DNA of 56,858 bases from a virus (Duplodnaviria; Caudoviricetes): positions 1 through 56,858 of IMG/VR virus record IMGVR_UViG_3300049841_000045; one strand, 5' to 3'. The notes beneath the pieces are model-generated. The model was not told the DNA's origin. It worked only from the letters and a program-made list of their open reading frames with translations, and ran no database searches. This document shows positions 52,147 through 56,858 of this stretch, one piece after another (the first letter of the stretch is position 1; each line of letters opens with the position of its first letter). Position numbers and translations under genes: made by a program.

Positions 52147-52182
52147 ATGCCTTTGATCAAAAGTGATTCGGGGGATAATTAG
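52147..52182 (+). pseudogene. Remnant 5' end of the small MPLxxS gene, cut off by the HNH insertion
   Basis: ATG CCT TTG ATC AAA AGT GAT TCG = MPLIKSDS, matching VPLIMSSS at 52732. Confidence 0.6.
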
Positions 52183-52730
52183 TGAGCTATGTGTTTGAGG
52201 TGCTCTATAGAATGACAGTTAGGGCAAAGTACTTCTAGGTTTTCCTTGGCGTTGTTTTCGGGATTTCGATCTTTGTGGTGGATGCCGAGTATTTGTGGGA
52301 TTTTATCGAATTTGCATCGTTGGCATTTTAGTATCATACCTCGGCGCTGCATTTGTTTTCGCAAAGTAGTTTTTTTAGGGCTCCAAGTCATTAGATCGCT
52401 TTTATTCACGCAAGCCCTACTGCAATAGATTCGTTTTACACTGGGGCTATCTCGAAATGTTTTCCCGCAATGGCGGCAAGTGAAGAGCACGGAGCCCCTA
52501 TCTTTCATAGCGGCGTAATAACAGTTAGGTGAACAGTACTTTGCAATTTTTTCTCGCACTCTAATAACTGTGAAAGACTTTTTGCAGGTTTTGCATATTT
52601 TTGGTACGCGATCGTGTTTTGAGTGCCAATGAAAACCACAGGATCTGGAGCAAAACCTAAAAGTGTCTTTTCGGTAGTTCGGTATGAGAATTTTCTTACC
52701 GCATTCTTCACACTTCATGGGGGTTGACAT
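52179..52730 (-). CDS. Free-standing HNH endonuclease with CxxC zinc-finger repeats, antisense to the late operon
   Basis: Three C..CGK.F......(F/Y)CS..C repeats; CQRC......LGIHHKDRN..NN...NLEVLCPNCH..EH; GAGAGG SD; AT-rich. Confidence 0.9.
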   Translation of the reverse strand: MSTPMKCEECGKKILIPNYRKDTFRFCSRSCGFHWHSKHDRVPKICKTCKKSFTVIRVREKIAKYCSPNCYYAAMKDRGSVLFTCRHCGKTFRDSPSVKRIYCSRACVNKSDLMTWSPKKTTLRKQMQRRGMILKCQRCKFDKIPQILGIHHKDRNPENNAKENLEVLCPNCHSIEHLKHIAH

Positions 52731-52731
52731 T

Positions 52732-52884
52732 GTGCCTCTCATAATGAGTAGTTCAAAGAAAGCCTTCAGAAAAAACGTGGCTACCATGGTACATGAAAAG
52801 CGCCCAGTAAAGCAAGCGGTGGCGATCGCTTATTCGGTTAAGCGGCGCGCTGGAAAACGGAAGGGTAAGCAGGGGTTGATGTGA
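52732..52884 (+). CDS. Small basic phage protein (MPL...KQAVAIAYS family)
   Basis: VPLIMSSSKKAFRKNVATMVHEKRPVKQAVAIAYSVKRRA. Confidence 0.7.
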   Translation: MPLIMSSSKKAFRKNVATMVHEKRPVKQAVAIAYSVKRRAGKRKGKQGLM

Positions 52885-52889
52885 TTCAC

Positions 52890-53095
52890 CTTCGGCGTTC
52901 GCGGGAGCGCCGAAGCTAAATCACAGCTTTTTAGTTGTTCGGCCGGGACCTTCGCAAGAAGCCGGCATGGCACTGACGGGCGCAGCACGAAACGCTGCAA
53001 GGCGAGATAGAGCCAGCGTACCCACGTTGGGACCTCGATTCGAGCGCACGTCGTGGAATTCGGCGAGGATCTCTTTCTCTTCTCTAACTTGAGGT
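52890..53095 (+). promoter_or_regulatory. Structured 5' leader of the major capsid gene
   Basis: Hairpins at 52890-52915, 52942-52966 (GCAA tetraloop, GAC bulge), 52982-52998 and 53022-53056, then a pyrimidine tract and GAGGT SD. Confidence 0.55.
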
Positions 53096-53104
53096 TTTAT
53101 CCTT

Positions 53105-53983
53105 ATGAGTATTTCCCTCGGGGGTACCCCGTCAGCCACCACGAATGCCGCGGTCTATGCGTACGACCAGGCCGTGAAAATGGCGTACCAGGGCTCTTCG
53201 CGTCTCCGCAGTGCCGTCACCGTCAAGACGGGCGTCACGGGGCAGACGCATTATTTCCGGCGGTTCGGTTCGCAGGTCGCTGTGCAGCACACGACTAACG
53301 AGCTGATCACTCCGGCGGACTACCAGCACACCAAGATCGCGGCTGCGCTGAGCAACTGGCGTATTGGTGACTACACGGATCTGTTCGACCAGGCTGAGAC
53401 CACGGTCGATGAGCGTGCGGCGCTTGCGGAGAGCAATGCCAAGGCGCTTGGCCGTGCTGAGGATCAGCTTCTCATCGATGCTATCGATGCCGCAACCGGC
53501 ATCGCGGGCACGGTGGATGAGGATCTCGGCGCGACGAACAGCCCGATCAACAAGGAAAAGCTCCTGCGCGCGAAGCGGTACTTGACCGCGAAGCAGGCGG
53601 ACTCCACGCAGCATACGCTGATCGTGAACGCGGTCGGCATGGAAGGTGCGCTCTCTGAGGTGGAAGTCACCTCGGCGGACTACCAGACCATGCGGGCACT
53701 CGCGGAGAACGGCGGCACGTTGCAGGGCAAGTCGGCGTTTGGGTTCAACTGGATTGTTCTCGAGGATCGCGCGGAAGGCGGTCTGCCGACGGGTTCGTCC
53801 AGCATTCGTTTGTGCTTCGCCTTCGACAAGGCCGCGGTTGGTCTTGCCGTGGGTATGGAGCCGTCGACGCGTGTCGACTTCATCCCGGAGCGTTACTCGT
53901 ATCTGTCTCAGGGTGTCCTGAAGGCCGGTGCGGCGGTGATCGATCCGAACGGTGTTGTCGAAGTCCAGAGTTATGAAGCCTGA
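53105..53983 (+). CDS. Major capsid protein
   Basis: 292 aa; YDQAVK.AYQG...LR..V, D.FDQA, ALGRAEDQL.IDA, TS.DY...AL..G....FGFNW, IDPNGVVEV; follows the scaffold gene. Confidence 0.92.
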   Translation: MSISLGGTPSATTNAAVYAYDQAVKMAYQGSSRLRSAVTVKTGVTGQTHYFRRFGSQVAVQHTTNELITPADYQHTKIAAALSNWRIGDYTDLFDQAETTVDERAALAESNAKALGRAEDQLLIDAIDAATGIAGTVDEDLGATNSPINKEKLLRAKRYLTAKQADSTQHTLIVNAVGMEGALSEVEVTSADYQTMRALAENGGTLQGKSAFGFNWIVLEDRAEGGLPTGSSSIRLCFAFDKAAVGLAVGMEPSTRVDFIPERYSYLSQGVLKAGAAVIDPNGVVEVQSYEA

Positions 53984-54000
53984 TTTTCTGATGTAAATCA

Positions 54001-54525
54001 ATGACTTACGAGACATGGCGCAATGTGGCTGGATTTTCTGGCTACGAAGTTTCAGACCAAGGAAGAATTAGAAGTCTTCCGCGGAAGAACTTGCAGGGCG
54101 CCATGCGTCGAGGGCGCATCCTTAAACAGGATGTGAACTGGGCGGGGTATCACCTCGTCAAGCCTGCCCGAGACGGCGCAAAGCATGCGCGGTTGGTGCA
54201 TCGCCTGGTTCTGGAGGCTTTCAAGGGTGAATGCCCTGAAGGTCTCCAGGCCCGGCATCTGAACGGAATTCGTTCTGATAATCAACTCGGCAATCTTGAG
54301 TGGGGGACTATTCAGGAAAATCGAGCAGATCAGAAAAGACACGGCACCGGGATTCAGGGTGCGCGTAACCCGAAGGCGGTACTGACAGAGATTGATGTGG
54401 AGCGGATTTTTGATCTGCGCCGTTTCGGTCTTAGTCAGCAAGCCATCGGCCGGCAGGTGGGAGTGCATCAGACGCATGTGAGTACGATTCTTCGCGGTAA
54501 GCATTGGTTGCAGAACGCGGCTTAG
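54001..54525 (+). CDS. NUMOD4-HNH homing endonuclease with C-terminal HTH
   Basis: ETWR.V.GF.GYEVSDQGRIRS (NUMOD4); VHRLV..AF...RHLNG.R.DN...NLEW.T..EN. Confidence 0.93.
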   Translation: MTYETWRNVAGFSGYEVSDQGRIRSLPRKNLQGAMRRGRILKQDVNWAGYHLVKPARDGAKHARLVHRLVLEAFKGECPEGLQARHLNGIRSDNQLGNLEWGTIQENRADQKRHGTGIQGARNPKAVLTEIDVERIFDLRRFGLSQQAIGRQVGVHQTHVSTILRGKHWLQNAA

Positions 54526-54555
54526 TTTTTCCTTCTTTTCAAGAGGTAATGTTCA

Positions 54556-54846
54556 ATGGCTTATTCAAGTGCTGGTCTCCAGCGTATTGGTCCGCAGAAC
54601 TCCAATGCGCCGACCATCTGGACCTACGCCACGGCGGACGCTTTGACGACTGTCGACGGCGCGGGCTATTTCAACGCAGCGGCTGCGCTGCTTCAGGTTG
54701 GCGATTGGATTCTGTGCTCGAGTTCTTCGACGTACGGCATCTTCATCGTCAACGCCAACTCTCGTGATCTCGCGGCTAGCCCGCCGGTTGCCGGAGTGGT
54801 GGATTGCTCGAACGCTGTGTCGTTCGGCACAATTGATTCAGATTGA
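54556..54846 (+). CDS. Small virion protein (capsid-associated/decoration candidate)
   Basis: GAGGT SD; WTY.T.D...TV..AGYFN.A...L.VGD.I family usually found right after the capsid gene. Confidence 0.75.
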   Translation: MAYSSAGLQRIGPQNSNAPTIWTYATADALTTVDGAGYFNAAAALLQVGDWILCSSSSTYGIFIVNANSRDLAASPPVAGVVDCSNAVSFGTIDSD

Positions 54847-54861
54847 TCTGAAGTCAACTTC

Positions 54862-54895
54862 GACCGGGGCGCCTTCGGCCCCGGTCCCTTCTTCG
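54862..54895 (+). terminator. Possible weak terminator hairpin
   Basis: GACCGGGGC-GCCTTCG-GCCCCGGTC followed by CCTTCTT. Confidence 0.45.
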
Positions 54896-54906
54896 AGGTA
54901 TGAAAC

Positions 54907-55128
54907 ATGGCATTTGAAAGTTGGTCGAGTGCGACGGGTAACAAGATTTTCCAGAAGGGCGCCAAGTTGGGCGGTCTTCGGCACGAAACGTCCTGGCGTC
55001 GTCGGGCTGTGCGTGAGGCGCAGACGAATCACACGTGGGCGAAGTATGCCCCTGGCGTGGCTCGAGTCACGGGCGAGCTGAAGATCGACGTGAAGGCCGC
55101 GAGAGCGGCAAAACTGGCTTTGAGTTAA
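54907..55128 (+). CDS. Small basic hypothetical protein
   Basis: 73 aa with GAGGT SD. Confidence 0.55.
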   Translation: MAFESWSSATGNKIFQKGAKLGGLRHETSWRRRAVREAQTNHTWAKYAPGVARVTGELKIDVKAARAAKLALS

Positions 55129-55143
55129 GGCTAGGTAAGTACC

Positions 55144-56232
55144 ATGACTAGACGCGTCCGCATTCCCTACCACGTTCCTGGTAGCAGTTCTAACAAATAT
55201 TTGTACATGGATGTGGACATCGCGGGGGGCGTGGCTTCGCCTTCTGGCGCGTCCGGCACGTCTTGGTTTACCGGCACGGGGGCGCCCCCCGATGGGACCG
55301 GGGCTAACGGCGATTTTTACATTGATACTTATGCCGGGGCGTACTATGGGCCTAAAGCGGCGGGTACGTGGTCCGGAACAGGACCCAACTCTTTTGGCGG
55401 TAGTTCGGGGTGGACTCCTACCCCCCATCTCTACACTACGCCGGGCACCTATCAGCTAACTATTTCAGGGTCCCAGGCGTTCTACGCTTTTGTGACTGCG
55501 ACGGCGGCTGGCGGAGCTGGTGGCGGCGGGTATTCAGCGTCTGGCGGCCCCGGCGGCGGAGGTGGCGGCCCCGGGCTGTCGGTAGAGATGATGCCGCTGT
55601 TGCTTGACCCCACAATCAGTACTACGCTCACTATTGTCGTGGGTACCGGCGGGGCGGGGGTTGCTAAAAACACTGACGGGAACAACGGAACGGAAACGTA
55701 TTTTTCGGGCACTTGCATTGTTTCTCCGTTCAAGGATACCAATAACAAAGTGTCTTTGGGGTACGGACTCGGGGGCAAGAAACCTGCGTCCAGCAGCGTA
55801 GGCGGGGATGGCGGCGGCGTTGTGTGGTCCGCGGATACGGCCACGTTGCCGATTGATACGCTCAATACTGGAAACGCGCATGCCGCAAAATCTTTATGCG
55901 TAGCTAACGGCAACATGAACTATCAGTGGATGCACACTATTTTTCAGCCGCCCGGGGGCGGAGGATTTTCTGGTAGTGGCCAAAATTGCGGAACTGTTTT
56001 ACGAACAATCAACGGTATGGGTTGCGGGGCGATTGCCGGGACACAAGCGGACGGTACGGGTGGAGCGGGGTCCCCGGGGGGAGGCACTTCGGCCAGTATG
56101 GGCGGAACCCAGGGGTCTCCTTCCAGTCCCACGGGCGGTAATGCGGTGACGGCTGGCGGCGGCGGAGGGGGAGGATTTTCAAACGCCGGAAGTGGTTCTG
56201 GTGGTAATGGCCGTGTGTTGATTTTAGTCTAG
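55144..56232 (+). CDS. Glycine-rich fibre/decoration protein
   Basis: WFTGTGAP...G.NGDFYID....YYGPK..G.W module, then a Gly-rich domain. Confidence 0.8.
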   Translation: MTRRVRIPYHVPGSSSNKYLYMDVDIAGGVASPSGASGTSWFTGTGAPPDGTGANGDFYIDTYAGAYYGPKAAGTWSGTGPNSFGGSSGWTPTPHLYTTPGTYQLTISGSQAFYAFVTATAAGGAGGGGYSASGGPGGGGGGPGLSVEMMPLLLDPTISTTLTIVVGTGGAGVAKNTDGNNGTETYFSGTCIVSPFKDTNNKVSLGYGLGGKKPASSSVGGDGGGVVWSADTATLPIDTLNTGNAHAAKSLCVANGNMNYQWMHTIFQPPGGGGFSGSGQNCGTVLRTINGMGCGAIAGTQADGTGGAGSPGGGTSASMGGTQGSPSSPTGGNAVTAGGGGGGGFSNAGSGSGGNGRVLILV

Positions 56233-56233
56233 C

Positions 56234-56858
56234 ATGGCTATTATTTGGAAAGTTGAAGAGTGGACTACGCCTAATCAAAGCGCTACGTTTGTTGCGCCGT
56301 CCGCTCTATTGCTCATGGATATGTGTGGACCCGGCGGTTACGGCGGCGCCAGTACAGGCACAACGGGCGGTTCGGGCGGGTCGGCATCACCGTGCGTAGA
56401 AAATTTTCCGCTTATCGTTACCCCCGGTTCGGCAATTGCTCTTCGCGTTGCGGATATCATGCAGCTCGGGCAGGACATGAACTCCAACGGATATAAGGCA
56501 TACTCGAGCATTGCAGGTCCCGGGTTATTGTCACCTTTTTGCGATTTTGGATACTTTCGTTGGTTCACTGTCGGTTGGGGGTCAAACGGAGGAGCGAATT
56601 CTAATTTTGGGGGGCAACCCCAGTCTATTAAGTTAGGGGATTATTTTCATAATTCTATTTGGGGAAGTTTCAACGCAGCCACTTGGCCGGAGATGCTTAC
56701 CGCGAATTCGCGCATAATGCCTCGGTGGATGAATCCTTTGTTTTGTAGCGGGGATGGTTCACGCGCTGGGCCTTCGAATCCGTATTCCTATCAAGTCGCG
56801 GGAAAATTATTCATGGCTAATGTTGGCATGGGGGATGAGTCTGTTAGCGGGGCTTCTG
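56234..56858 (+). CDS. Glycine-rich fibre/decoration protein, 3' truncated by the window end
   Basis: MAIIWKVEEWTTPNQSATFVAPSALLLMDMCGPGGYGG... is open to the end and paralogous in layout to 55144. Confidence 0.75.
   Translation, partial: MAIIWKVEEWTTPNQSATFVAPSALLLMDMCGPGGYGGASTGTTGGSGGSASPCVENFPLIVTPGSAIALRVADIMQLGQDMNSNGYKAYSSIAGPGLLSPFCDFGYFRWFTVGWGSNGGANSNFGGQPQSIKLGDYFHNSIWGSFNAATWPEMLTANSRIMPRWMNPLFCSGDGSRAGPSNPYSYQVAGKLFMANVGMGDESVSGAS

Noticed and set aside
52147-52760. Self-splicing intron joining MPLIKSDS to KKAFRKNV
   Set aside because: The antisense HNH ORF fills nearly the whole interval and no intron core elements are visible.
53132-54016. 294-aa antisense ORF over the major capsid gene
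   Set aside because: No motifs; a typical antisense shadow of GC-rich coding sequence.

Overview
This window is a nearly complete (~56.9 kb) genome of a tailed dsDNA phage with a podovirus-type virion, linearised inside a glycine-rich fibre gene. The plus strand (45.5 kb to the end, continuing at 1 to 24.0 kb) carries the late genes: terminase, portal, scaffold, major capsid, a block of Gly/Ser/Thr-rich fibre or decoration proteins mixed with glycan-modifying enzymes, tail tubular A/B, ejection proteins, two paralogous tail fibres and a GH19 lysis cassette. The minus strand (44.5 kb down to 24.0 kb) carries many small early genes, a serine recombinase, a sigma70-like factor, a primase/AAA helicase, a T5 A1-like metallophosphoesterase, a DUF2800 nuclease, a DUF2815 SSB, a family A DNA polymerase, VRR-NUC and an SNF2 helicase. 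A ~1 kb non-coding region between the two arms holds a promoter, a DnaA box and GCACCA repeats. I see no single-subunit RNA polymerase, tRNA or CRISPR array. The most striking feature is a 300-aa intein in the DNA polymerase whose homing endonuclease is not fused in frame. It is a complete HNH gene overprinted in the +1 frame between intein blocks B and F, with its own Shine-Dalgarno written into the block B codons, while the intein frame stays open. Other leads: a candidate virion-glycosylation cassette, an 87-bp perfect repeat at the module boundary of the two tail fibres, a structured capsid-gene leader, an antisense HNH insertion with a rebuilt gene start, and a sigma-region-2-only protein. 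All family assignments come from motif recognition by eye, not from database searches.
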